Origin: Syntrophales bacterium
GTDB lineage: Bacteria > Desulfobacterota > Syntrophia > Syntrophales > Fen-1087
Length of the DNA: 24,000 bases
Assembly (NCBI GenBank): GCA_030656035.1
Contig: JAUSOK010000130.1
Location: forward strand, 2,689 to 26,688
Direction of reading: 5' to 3'
Shown: piece by piece, positions 1 through 8,320 of the stretch
How the letters are laid out: each line of letters opens with the position of its first letter
Position numbering within the stretch: position 1 is the first letter of the stretch
Notes under the pieces: model-generated
Told to the model about the DNA's origin: nothing
What the model saw: only the letters and a program-made list of their open reading frames with translations
Database searches by the model: none
Program-made: the position numbers and the translations under genes

Positions 1-126
1 GAAAAGATGGAAGTGCCCGCAAGAGAAGTCAAGGCGGCCTTCGTCAACGGAAGGAGGCAATCACCGGATTGGGTCCTGAACCAGGGAGATGAAGCGGGTA
101 TTTTTCCTCCGGTCGGCGGGGGATAG
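1..126 (+). CDS. MoaD/ThiS-family sulfur-carrier (beta-grasp) protein, C-terminal fragment; the 5' end lies outside the window
   Basis: Frame 1 is open from base 1 and reads ...AAFVNGRRQSPDWVLNQGDEAGIFPPVGGG*. A GDE..hFPPVxGG C-terminus ending in Gly-Gly is the MoaD/ThiS signature. Stop TAG is at 124-126, 3 nt before the next ATG. Confidence 0.6.
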   Translation, partial: EKMEVPAREVKAAFVNGRRQSPDWVLNQGDEAGIFPPVGGG

Positions 127-129
127 CTT

Positions 130-501
130 ATGGAAGATATAAACGTCGATGTCTGGTTATATGGTGATCTGGCACGATTCGCCGGAGAGTCTTCTCAGGG
201 CAGTTTCGCCAATTTGCAGATAAACCTTCCGCCGGGAACAACGGTGGGAGACCTGCTGACGAAATTGCAGATGGCGACAGAGGAACGGGGTTTCACATTC
301 ATCAATGGAAACCTGAGCGCCATGCCGGGAATTCAGACGGATCTGAAACACGAACTGAAAGCTGGAGACCGCATCGCGTTCTTCCATCTGCAGAGTATGT
401 GGCCATTCCAGTACAGGCACGGCGTTTCGGTCACGGATGAGATCAATGAAGTATTGCACAAGCAGAAAAATCAGGCCCTGCACCACACCTATAAAAAGTA
501 A
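130..501 (+). CDS. MoaD/ThiS-like beta-grasp protein that lacks the C-terminal Gly-Gly and has a ~35-aa C-terminal extension
   Basis: 123-aa ORF. The N-terminus VDVWLYGDLARFAG and the segment LKAGDRIAFFHLQ align by eye with MoaD (IKVLFFAQVRELVG ... LTDGDEVAFFPPVTGG). PPVxGG is replaced by HLQSMW and the protein continues for ~35 more residues. It is tightly packed between the upstream MoaD-like gene and the downstream E1-like gene. Confidence 0.5.
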   Translation: MEDINVDVWLYGDLARFAGESSQGSFANLQINLPPGTTVGDLLTKLQMATEERGFTFINGNLSAMPGIQTDLKHELKAGDRIAFFHLQSMWPFQYRHGVSVTDEINEVLHKQKNQALHHTYKK

Positions 502-507
502 TCCATC

Positions 508-1287
508 ATGTGCCCTCCCGCGCTGACACAGGATGAACGGTTACGCTATGCCCGTTCCGTAATGCTCCCGGAGGTGGGCGAGGAAGGGCAGTGCAGATTG
601 AAGGCAGCGTCGGTTCTGATCGTCGGCATGGGCGGGCTCGGTTCGGCCACAGCGCTTTATCTCACGGCGGCAGGCGTCGGCCGCATCGGTATCGTCGATC
701 CGGATACGGTAGGCCTATCAAACCTTCAGCGGCAGATCATTCACGACACGGGCATGACAGGCAGGCTCAAGGTAGAATCCGCACGGGAGAAGATGCTTCG
801 CCTCAATCCGCACGTCCGCGTCGAGACTCGCGCCGATCTCTTCAACTCCCGCAATGCAGATGAGATTTCCGCCGATTATGAAATTATTGTTGACGGAACG
901 GACAATTTCCGCACGCGATACCTGATCAACGACTTGTGTGTGCGTACCGGCAAGACATACGTGTATGGAGCCCTCTACCGATTTGAGGGACAGGTGAGTG
1001 TCTTCGACGCCCGAAAGGGGCCGTGCTACAGATGCCTGTTCCCCGAACCGCCGCCAACGGATTTAGTCGTCAATTCAGCAGAAACGGGTATCTTCAGCGT
1101 ATTGCCGGGTATCGTGGGAACGATACAGGCGTCCGAGGTTCTCAAGCTGATCCTCGGCATCGGTTCTCCTCTTTTGGGAAGGCTGTTGCTGTACGACGCA
1201 CTGCACATGAGTTTTCAAGAGGTCCTGTTGCCTAAGGATCCCGATTGCACGATATGTGGCGCGGAGCCGCAAAAGCGCCCTGTTTAA
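508..1287 (+). CDS. MoeB/ThiF/HesA-family E1-like adenylyltransferase (no rhodanese domain)
   Basis: 259-aa ORF. It has the Gly-rich nucleotide loop VGMGGLGS, NLQRQ, DGTDNFRTRYLINDLC, and two CxxC zinc motifs (CYRC, CTIC). It starts 6 nt after the previous stop. Confidence 0.85.
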   Translation: MCPPALTQDERLRYARSVMLPEVGEEGQCRLKAASVLIVGMGGLGSATALYLTAAGVGRIGIVDPDTVGLSNLQRQIIHDTGMTGRLKVESAREKMLRLNPHVRVETRADLFNSRNADEISADYEIIVDGTDNFRTRYLINDLCVRTGKTYVYGALYRFEGQVSVFDARKGPCYRCLFPEPPPTDLVVNSAETGIFSVLPGIVGTIQASEVLKLILGIGSPLLGRLLLYDALHMSFQEVLLPKDPDCTICGAEPQKRPV

Positions 1288-3227
1288 GCCTTGCTGATAT
1301 TCACGAGCGGATCGCCGACGGCCACCTTGTCCCCCGCGGAAACGAGCAGATCCGTCACTTTGCCGGCCACTTCCGACGTGACGTTATTGAGCATTTTCAT
1401 GGCTTCCAGAACGAGCAGAATCTGTCCGACCGCCACCTCCTCGCCTTCTGTAACGTATACCTCGTTGACCGTGCCCGTAATCTGGGACCGCACCTCTCCC
1501 GCTTTGGCCGCCGTCTCGATTTCCTTGAGGCTCGGGACGGCTTTTTTCCTGGCAGGACCGTCCTCCTGGTCCATTTCGGTAATGATCGGCTCCGGATGAT
1601 GATCGATAATCAGATAGGTGGCAGCATCGCCGGTTCTTGTGCGTCGCTGCGGACCAATTTCAACGGAATGCAGACGGCCGGAAACATCCGGCACTTCGAA
1701 CTTTTCTCCGAGGCTGAAGCCGCCCTTCCGGAACCAGATCTTCGGTGAGAGCACCCATGTTTTGCCATATTTAGCTTCAAACTTGAAGAAATCCACGGCA
1801 TCGTTGGGGTGCTGCAGATAGAGCACGAGTTCATCCTCGGAAGCAGCGCGTCCCAGGCGATGTTCCAGAACCTTCCTTTCCACATCGATATCGATATCTT
1901 CGATTTTCTGATAGCAGGTATCGCATTCAACGATTTCCTTCCATTCAGGGCCGAAAACAGCGGCGTAAATTTCATCGGCCGGCCGGTAGAAGGGGAATTT
2001 GCCGTATCGGCCCAGCAGCAGGTTCTTCAAATCGTCGCTGACGTCTTTGTAGCGAACCCCTTTCAGGACATTGTTAACGGCGGTGGTCCAGAGAATCTGG
2101 GAACCCGGCGTGACGCTCCACCAGTTCCCCAGATCAAGCTGCACCCGGGGCAGCTCCTTCTGGAGGATTTCGGGCATGCGATGCAGAAAATCCCCTTTGA
2201 CGGCCTGCTCAAAGCTGGAACCGGTCGCACCGCCCGGCAGCTTGTGGATTTGTGCCGATGGATCAAAGCCCAGAAACTGGGATTCAAAATCCTTGTAGTA
2301 CTCTCTTTCGGGCCTCAGGACATTGGAGGTTTCGATGACGGCCTGGCGGTCGATTCCGGCGGCGTGATAGCCTTCGTCATTGAGCAGATCCAGGACGGTC
2401 AGGAGCGGCGGAGGCCCGTAAAAACCCGTAAAGGCATGGTCGCTGGCATCGGCAATTTTTGCCCCGTTGCGGATGGCTTCGACGATGCGTCCAATGTCGG
2501 CGCCATCGGTGTTGTGACCGTGATAATGGATAATCAGATCGGGATATTTTTGCAGAATCGCCGCGACGAGTTCGCCGATGCGCCTGGGCGTCCCCAATCC
2601 GCCGTGATTCTTTATACATAGAAGAATGTCTTCACCGGTGACGTCCAGAATCTGACCGACCTTCCCGACGTAGAATTCATTCGTGTGTTCCTTGCCAGTG
2701 GAAAAACAGATGGACGGCTCCAATATCCGGCCGGCCTTTTTAACCTCCTCAAAGACCGGAATCATGTTTGGAATATGGTTCAGAAAATCGAAGACCCGCC
2801 AAACGTGCACATAGCGCGCAAAGCTCTGGACCGTCGCACGGACGACATTTTCCGGATAGGGCCGGTATCCGAACAGATTGATCCCCCGGCAGAGCGTCTG
2901 AAACAGCGTATCCGGCATGCTTTGACTGAGCACCTCCAGCTTTTCCAGCGGATTGATCTGCTTGCGCAGCATATCTACATGCACGCTGGCCCCGCCCGTG
3001 ATTTCAATGGAGAAAAAGCCCGCGTCGTTGCGTGCTTTGGCTGCGAGGAGCTGCGTGTGGGGCATCACCCGGTTTTTGAAGTCCGACTGCGAGAGATCCC
3101 TTTCCGTGTTGGTCAAGAAGTAACCTTTCTGCATCCGGATCTTGTCGAGAACGCCGTGTACGCCCTTGTCCTGCAGCTCCCCGGGCGTAATTCTTTCATC
3201 CAAAAGATGTGACGATATATTCATCAT
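1284..3227 (-). CDS. pycB: Pyruvate carboxylase subunit B (carboxyltransferase + biotin carrier domain). Oxaloacetate decarboxylase alpha or a 2-oxoacid carboxylase large subunit cannot be excluded.
   Basis: 647-aa ORF with an N-terminal carboxyltransferase region and a C-terminal biotinyl domain carrying the attachment motif LLVLEAMKMLNNV. It lies directly downstream, on the same strand, of a biotin carboxylase gene, which is the two-subunit PycA/PycB layout. Confidence 0.75.
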   Translation of the reverse strand: MMNISSHLLDERITPGELQDKGVHGVLDKIRMQKGYFLTNTERDLSQSDFKNRVMPHTQLLAAKARNDAGFFSIEITGGASVHVDMLRKQINPLEKLEVLSQSMPDTLFQTLCRGINLFGYRPYPENVVRATVQSFARYVHVWRVFDFLNHIPNMIPVFEEVKKAGRILEPSICFSTGKEHTNEFYVGKVGQILDVTGEDILLCIKNHGGLGTPRRIGELVAAILQKYPDLIIHYHGHNTDGADIGRIVEAIRNGAKIADASDHAFTGFYGPPPLLTVLDLLNDEGYHAAGIDRQAVIETSNVLRPEREYYKDFESQFLGFDPSAQIHKLPGGATGSSFEQAVKGDFLHRMPEILQKELPRVQLDLGNWWSVTPGSQILWTTAVNNVLKGVRYKDVSDDLKNLLLGRYGKFPFYRPADEIYAAVFGPEWKEIVECDTCYQKIEDIDIDVERKVLEHRLGRAASEDELVLYLQHPNDAVDFFKFEAKYGKTWVLSPKIWFRKGGFSLGEKFEVPDVSGRLHSVEIGPQRRTRTGDAATYLIIDHHPEPIITEMDQEDGPARKKAVPSLKEIETAAKAGEVRSQITGTVNEVYVTEGEEVAVGQILLVLEAMKMLNNVTSEVAGKVTDLLVSAGDKVAVGDPLVNISKA

Positions 3228-3309
3228 GGTTCTATCCTGTATTTTTTATTTTGTGCCGGAATTTTTCCTGTTGTACGTTCAGCGATCCCTAAAAGCCTTC
3301 CCGATTTCC

Positions 3310-4770
3310 TCAATAGGCATAGGGATTGACTTTCTTGGTATGAATTTCCGCAATGAGCTTCGCCAGCTTCGCCACTTCGCGCTCCGGCTCCGGATAGTTG
3401 AAAATCTCCGGATGCGTCTCGATGTATCCCGTGTCAAATCGGCCCGCCTGAAAGTCGGGCTCCTCGCAGATTGAAAGATAGAAGGGGATGGTCGTCTTGG
3501 GGCCGACGATCAGGAATCCTTTCAAGGCCCGCTTCAAGCGCTGCAGGGTCTGTTCCCAGTCAAAGCCGCGAATCGTCATCTTGACCAGCAGTGAATCATA
3601 ATCCATGGGAATCTTGTAACCCTGATACACGGCCCCGTCCAGCCTGACACCCGGTCCGCCGGGCGACTGATAGACTTCAACCCGTTTTCCACCCTCGGGC
3701 ATGAAATTGTTCCTGGGATCTTCGGCATTGATTCTGACCTGAACGGCTTTGCCCAGCAGGGTTACGCGATTTTTGGGGATGTTGAGGGCCTGTCCCTCGG
3801 CGATCCAGATCTGCTGTCGAACAATATCGACCCCTGTTAATTCTTCCGTCACCGTATGCTCGACCTGCAGGCGCGTGTTCATTTCCATAAACCAGAATTC
3901 ATTGGTCCTTGAGTCAACGAGGAACTCAACCGTGCCGGCATTGACGTATCCAGTCTCCCGCGCCGCCTTGATTGCGCAATCGTACATGGCCTCCAACACA
4001 TCCTGCGGCAGGTCGGCGGGTGCAATTTCGAGAAGTTTCTGATGCCGCCGTTGAATCGAACAGTCACGAGAACCCAGATGAATCGTGTTCCCGTGATGAT
4101 CCGCCAGTATCTGGATCTCCACGTGACGGGGCAATTCGATGAATTTCTCCATATAGATATTTTCGTCGTTGAAGGCCGACATGGCCTCCGACCTGGCCAG
4201 GGGCAACTGCACGATCAGATCCGCCTCGTCGACCACCTTGCGAATGCCTCGCCCGCCTCCCCCCGAAGAAGCCTTCAGCATGACGGGATAACCGTATTTA
4301 TTGGCAAAGGCAAAGGCTTCATTGATCCCGGTGCTTCCCCGGACAAGGTCGCCGGTCCCGGGAATAAACGGGATCCCAACCTTCTCGGCGATCTTTCGCG
4401 CCACCACCTTGTTGCCCATGTCCCGGATGGCCTGCGGTGGGGGGCCGATAAAGGTAATGCCTGCTTTCCGGCAGGCCTCGGAAAAATCAGCGTTCTCGGC
4501 CAAAAATCCGTACCCCGGGTGGATCGCATCGGCGCCGGTTTTTCCGGCCGCCCAGATGATTTTATCGATATCCAGGTAATGTTTTCGTGGACCGTCGCCA
4601 ATCATAATGGCGTCATTGGCCCGGCGGACATAGTAGGCCTCACGATCCGGCTTCTCGTAGATAACAACCGCATCGAGCCCCATTTCCTGAACCGTTCGCA
4701 TAATCCGAAGGGCAATTTCACCCCGGTTCGCAATCAAGACTTTTTTAATTTTTCTTTCTTCCACACCCAT
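3310..4770 (-). CDS. pycA: Biotin carboxylase / pyruvate carboxylase subunit A
   Basis: 486-aa ORF. N-terminus KKVLIANRGEIALRIMRT, ATP-grasp glycine loop KASSGGGGRGIR, and EMNTRLQVEHTVTE. AGGAAGG Shine-Dalgarno sequence upstream of the ATG. Confidence 0.85.
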   Translation of the reverse strand: MGVEERKIKKVLIANRGEIALRIMRTVQEMGLDAVVIYEKPDREAYYVRRANDAIMIGDGPRKHYLDIDKIIWAAGKTGADAIHPGYGFLAENADFSEACRKAGITFIGPPPQAIRDMGNKVVARKIAEKVGIPFIPGTGDLVRGSTGINEAFAFANKYGYPVMLKASSGGGGRGIRKVVDEADLIVQLPLARSEAMSAFNDENIYMEKFIELPRHVEIQILADHHGNTIHLGSRDCSIQRRHQKLLEIAPADLPQDVLEAMYDCAIKAARETGYVNAGTVEFLVDSRTNEFWFMEMNTRLQVEHTVTEELTGVDIVRQQIWIAEGQALNIPKNRVTLLGKAVQVRINAEDPRNNFMPEGGKRVEVYQSPGGPGVRLDGAVYQGYKIPMDYDSLLVKMTIRGFDWEQTLQRLKRALKGFLIVGPKTTIPFYLSICEEPDFQAGRFDTGYIETHPEIFNYPEPEREVAKLAKLIAEIHTKKVNPYAY

Positions 4771-4892
4771 TGTCGACCTTCCTGTTTATCCTGACCATTT
4801 CGTCAAAAGCCCCTGCGCTGCGTTGCGCTTCATCTGCGCAAGCGAAAGCCTGCGGCTACCCCGTTGCAGCCTGCACCCGCATACGCCTCATT

Positions 4893-4927
4893 CGCATGGG
4901 GACACGACTGCGTCATGTCCCCATGCG
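4893..4927. other. Strong stem-loop (12-bp perfect stem) within the pycA/EF-G divergent intergenic region
   Basis: CGCATGGGGACA (4893-4904) and TGTCCCCATGCG (4916-4927) are exact reverse complements separated by an 11-nt loop. GAC/GTC inside the loop can extend the stem. A second hairpin, TTGCGC(4823-4828)/GCGCAA(4836-4841), lies nearby. Confidence 0.5.
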
Positions 4928-5180
4928 CGCCTTGCCTGTGGAGCTCTTTGCGCAGCCTTCGAATTTGGTCGGCTTTTTTAGAGTTTTTGCGAGCTCATCC
5001 GTTCTGGCGTGTTTTGGATTGATCTCCGGCAACAGGGCGCATCTTATACTGATAACAAACGATTATGTCAAACAGATTCTGTGATTTTGTCATTTAGAAT
5101 TTCCTTGACTTTGAAAGAGCGGTTAAGCTAAACAGCACGACCACATGGAACGTGTGTTCTTTACATAGAAAGGAGTGTTC

Positions 5181-7265
5181 ATGGCAAAATATGACTCGAA
5201 ATCTTTAAGGAATGTCACAATCATCGGACATGGTGGCACCGGGAAAACATCGCTTTGTGAATCGTTTCTCTATATTGCCGGCAAATCGGACAGACCGGGC
5301 CGGGTGGACGATGGAACCTCCTGCATGGATTATGAACCGGAAGAACAGAAACGGCACATCTCCATCAGCGCCGCCACAAACTTTTTTGAATGGGACAAGC
5401 ACAAAATCAACATCATCGACACTCCGGGCGATTCCAATTTTGCCTATGACACCAAAAGCTGCCTTCGGATTACCGATAGCGCCATTGTCGTGATTGACGC
5501 GGTAGGCGGGGTCGAGTTCCAGACCCAGAAGGTATGGGAGTACGCCGATGAATTCAATCTCCCGCGGATCATCTATATCAACCGGATGGATCGGGAACGG
5601 GCCGATTTCTTCAAAACGATGGACAGCATCAAGGAAAAACTCGGGAAAAAGGCAACGACACTATTTCTGCCCCTCGGCAAAGAAGATAATTTCAAGGGGA
5701 TTGTGGACCTCCTTTCCATGAAGGCCTATATCTTCGACGATCCCAAGGGAGGCTACAAAACCATTGATATTCCTGGTGATATGACTGATCAAACAAAATC
5801 TTACCGGGAAACGATGGTGGAAGATATTGCGGAATGCGATGAAATCCTGATGGATAAATATCTGGAGAGCGGCGAACTCTCTCTCGAAGAGATCAAGGCC
5901 GGTCTCCGCAAGGGCGTGGTTTCCGGCGCCCTGCTGCCGGTGATATGCGGTTCCGCGACGAAAAATATCGGTTTGGCTCCCCTGATGGATATTATCGTGC
6001 AAGTTATGCCTTCGCCCGTGGACCGCGGTCCCGTACAGGGCAAGAAACCCGGAACGGACAACGTGGAAGAACGTCCGCCGGAAGAAACCGCGCCCTTCGC
6101 CGCCATGGTTTTCAAGACCATTGCCGACCCCTATGCCGGCCGGCTGACGCTCTTTCGGGTCTATTCCGGAACGCTCAGCACCGAAGGGGCCATCTATAAT
6201 TCCTCCCGTAAATTATCGGAACGCTTCAGCAATATCTTCTTTCTGGAGGGGAAAACCCAGAAACCGGCAGAGTCCCTGGTTCCGGGCGACATCGCCGCCG
6301 TGGCCAAGCTGAAGGAAACAGCGACGGGAGACACGATCTGCAATGAAAAGGCACCGATCGTTTTCGATAAACTGGCGCCCCTCCCGACGGTCATGTCATT
6401 CGCTATCGAACCCAAATCCCGGGGCGACGAAGAAAAAATCGTCTCCTCCATGCACCGGCTGACCGAGGAAGATCCTACTCTGACTTTCCACAGAAACGAT
6501 CAGACCAGGGAAATGATCCTGTCCGGCACGGGACAAATTCATATTGAAGTGGCCGTCGAAAAAATGAAACGTAAATTCGGGGTAGAGGTCAACCTGAACA
6601 TACCCAAGGTGCCATATAAGGAAACCATAAAGGCAAAAACCAACGTGCAGGGCCGTTACAAGAAACAATCGGGCGGCCGGGGACAGTTCGGCGACTGCTG
6701 GCTGGATATTGAACCCCTGCCTCGGAGCGGCGGTTTCGAATTTGTGGACAAGATCGTAGGCGGCGTCATTCCCGGGCAGTACCGCCCCGCCGTGGAAAAG
6801 GGAATCGTCGAAGCCATGGAAGAAGGCGTTCTGGCGGGTTATCCCATGGTGGACCTGAAAGTCTTGCTGGTGGATGGTTCCTTCCATGCTGTCGATTCAT
6901 CGGAAATGGCCTTCAAGATTGCAGGCTCCATGGGATTTAAAAAGGGCGTGCTGGCCTGCCAGCCGACCCTGCTGGAACCCATTGTCAATATAGATATCGA
7001 AATCCCCGATGAATACCTGGGTGATGTCATAGGCGATCTGAACAGCCGGCGGGGACGCGTCCAGGGTATGGATACCAAAGGAACCCATCAGATCGTCAAG
7101 GGCCAGGTGCCGTTGGCCGAAATTCTGAAATATGCGCCGGACCTGCGGTCCATGACAAGCGGCCGGGGAACATTCACCTATACCCACTCCCATTACGATG
7201 AAGTGCCGCCGTTTATTGCCGAAAAAATCATTGCGGCGTATAAGGCCAAAAAGGAAGAGGATTGA
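5181..7265 (+). CDS. Elongation factor G paralog (EF-G-like translational GTPase with non-canonical G motifs)
   Basis: The full five-domain EF-G architecture is recognisable (G domain, GRLTLFRVYSGTL domain II, HAVDSSEMAFKIAG near the C-terminus). I chose the ATG at 5181 rather than the tracked GTG at 5175 because AAAGGAG (5169-5175) sits 5 nt upstream of it. G motifs are GHGGTGKTS, DTPGD and NRMD. Confidence 0.85.
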   Translation: MAKYDSKSLRNVTIIGHGGTGKTSLCESFLYIAGKSDRPGRVDDGTSCMDYEPEEQKRHISISAATNFFEWDKHKINIIDTPGDSNFAYDTKSCLRITDSAIVVIDAVGGVEFQTQKVWEYADEFNLPRIIYINRMDRERADFFKTMDSIKEKLGKKATTLFLPLGKEDNFKGIVDLLSMKAYIFDDPKGGYKTIDIPGDMTDQTKSYRETMVEDIAECDEILMDKYLESGELSLEEIKAGLRKGVVSGALLPVICGSATKNIGLAPLMDIIVQVMPSPVDRGPVQGKKPGTDNVEERPPEETAPFAAMVFKTIADPYAGRLTLFRVYSGTLSTEGAIYNSSRKLSERFSNIFFLEGKTQKPAESLVPGDIAAVAKLKETATGDTICNEKAPIVFDKLAPLPTVMSFAIEPKSRGDEEKIVSSMHRLTEEDPTLTFHRNDQTREMILSGTGQIHIEVAVEKMKRKFGVEVNLNIPKVPYKETIKAKTNVQGRYKKQSGGRGQFGDCWLDIEPLPRSGGFEFVDKIVGGVIPGQYRPAVEKGIVEAMEEGVLAGYPMVDLKVLLVDGSFHAVDSSEMAFKIAGSMGFKKGVLACQPTLLEPIVNIDIEIPDEYLGDVIGDLNSRRGRVQGMDTKGTHQIVKGQVPLAEILKYAPDLRSMTSGRGTFTYTHSHYDEVPPFIAEKIIAAYKAKKEED

Positions 7266-7296
7266 TACAATCACCTCATTCCGAGAGAGGTACAGG

Positions 7297-7788
7297 ATGA
7301 TGATCAAGGCCGGCGTCATTACCGTCAGCGATAAGGGGTCGGCAGGCCAGCGGGAAGACCAGAGCGGCCCGGAGGTTGAAAGGATTCTGAAAACCATCGG
7401 GATTGAAGTTACCCGTCGAGCCGTCATCCCCGATGAAATCCATCAGATTCGGGACATCCTTGTCGACTTCGCCGATTATCAGGAGATCGACCTGGTTGTC
7501 ACCACGGGGGGAACCGGCGTCGCGCCGCGGGACGTGACGCCGGATGCGACTCTCGGCGTCATTGATAGAGAGGTTCCCGGCATGGCGGAGGCCATGCGCC
7601 GGGAAAGTTATCTCATCACTCCCCATGCCCTGATTTCCAGGGCCGTTGTCGGGATCAGAGGTCGGACGCTGATCATCAATCTGCCTGGCAGTCCCAAAGG
7701 CGTGCGAGAGAACCTTGCCGTCCTTCTGCCGGCCTTGCCCCATGCCATCGAAAAAATCAAGGGAGACGAACGGGAGTGTGCTGCCTGA
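7297..7788 (+). CDS. MogA/MoaB-family molybdenum cofactor biosynthesis protein (molybdopterin adenylyltransferase type)
   Basis: MMIKAGVITVSDKGS..., VVTTGGTGVAPRDVTPDAT and NLPGSPKG are typical MogA/MoaB motifs. I trimmed the tracked ORF (7198) to the ATG at 7297, which lies after the EF-G stop (7263-7265). Confidence 0.8.
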   Translation: MMIKAGVITVSDKGSAGQREDQSGPEVERILKTIGIEVTRRAVIPDEIHQIRDILVDFADYQEIDLVVTTGGTGVAPRDVTPDATLGVIDREVPGMAEAMRRESYLITPHALISRAVVGIRGRTLIINLPGSPKGVRENLAVLLPALPHAIEKIKGDERECAA

Positions 7789-8248
7789 GAAACTCAATGG
7801 CCATTGCTCGATGGGCGCCGGACCAGTAGATCTTGCCGCAGCCCGGGCATCTCTGGAACGGACCGGCCTGGTGATAGACGTAATCGGGAACCAATCCTTC
7901 CACATCGCGCGTGGGAACTCTCTCCAGGAGAGCATTACAGAGTGCGCAACGCCGGTAGAATCGATTCATGTCAACACACAGGCCCAGTTTTCCAATCACT
8001 TCCTTCAGTTGCCCGCGGACCTGATCCTGTTCAATTACCACCAGACGACCCCTGAATTGCCGTTTGGCCATATCCCGCTTCCTTGTCAGGACGATCCGCT
8101 CTTCCTGCTGCGCCCTTCTTAAAAAATCCCGGTTGACGTCCCCCCGGTCAAAGCGGGTGTCATAGCCGAGAATTCTGAGCCAGCGGGCCAATGTTCCCAG
8201 ATTGACGTCGGTTGTAAATTTATAATCCGCCGATTCTATATCAGCCAT
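7757..8248 (-). CDS. Mut7-C (DUF82) PIN-like RNase domain protein with a C-terminal zinc ribbon
   Basis: LGTLARWLRILGYDT near the N-terminus and CALCN...CPGCG near the C-terminus. The start is uncertain (ATG at 8248 or 8296) and neither has a clear Shine-Dalgarno sequence. Confidence 0.65.
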   Translation of the reverse strand: MADIESADYKFTTDVNLGTLARWLRILGYDTRFDRGDVNRDFLRRAQQEERIVLTRKRDMAKRQFRGRLVVIEQDQVRGQLKEVIGKLGLCVDMNRFYRRCALCNALLERVPTRDVEGLVPDYVYHQAGPFQRCPGCGKIYWSGAHRAMAIEFLRQHTPVRLP

Positions 8249-8320
8249 GGGACGGCGTTGAAATGACCGGCGGGCGGGTCCTAAGCGATCTATCATGGCG
8301 GGTGTGTTCGTTCAGGGCGT

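Noticed and set aside
1245-3212. Plus-strand ORFs 1245-1748, 1809-2621 and 2685-3212
   Set aside because: All are antisense to pycB and none has a recognisable motif. They are shadow ORFs.
4042-4794. 250-aa plus-strand ORF
   Set aside because: It is antisense to the biotin carboxylase gene and is a shadow ORF.
4770-5084. 104-aa ORF in the pycA/EF-G intergenic region
   Set aside because: It starts on the complement of the pycA start codon and has no Shine-Dalgarno sequence. Its sequence is dominated by hairpin/repeat DNA and has no recognisable fold or family.
5087-5125. Sigma70 promoter for the EF-G paralog (TTGACT at 5105, TAGAAT at 5095)
   Set aside because: I could not pair any -35-like and -10-like hexamers with acceptable spacing (16-18 nt).
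7198-7296. N-terminal extension of the tracked MogA ORF, and the GTG at 5175 for EF-G
   Set aside because: The extension would overlap the EF-G 3' end by 68 nt and adds non-homologous residues, whereas MogA-like similarity starts at MMIKAGV (7297). For EF-G, the ATG at 5181 has proper Shine-Dalgarno spacing.
6396-7935. Minus-strand ORFs 6396-6887, 6897-7427 and 7276-7935
   Set aside because: They are antisense to EF-G and mogA and show no family signatures.
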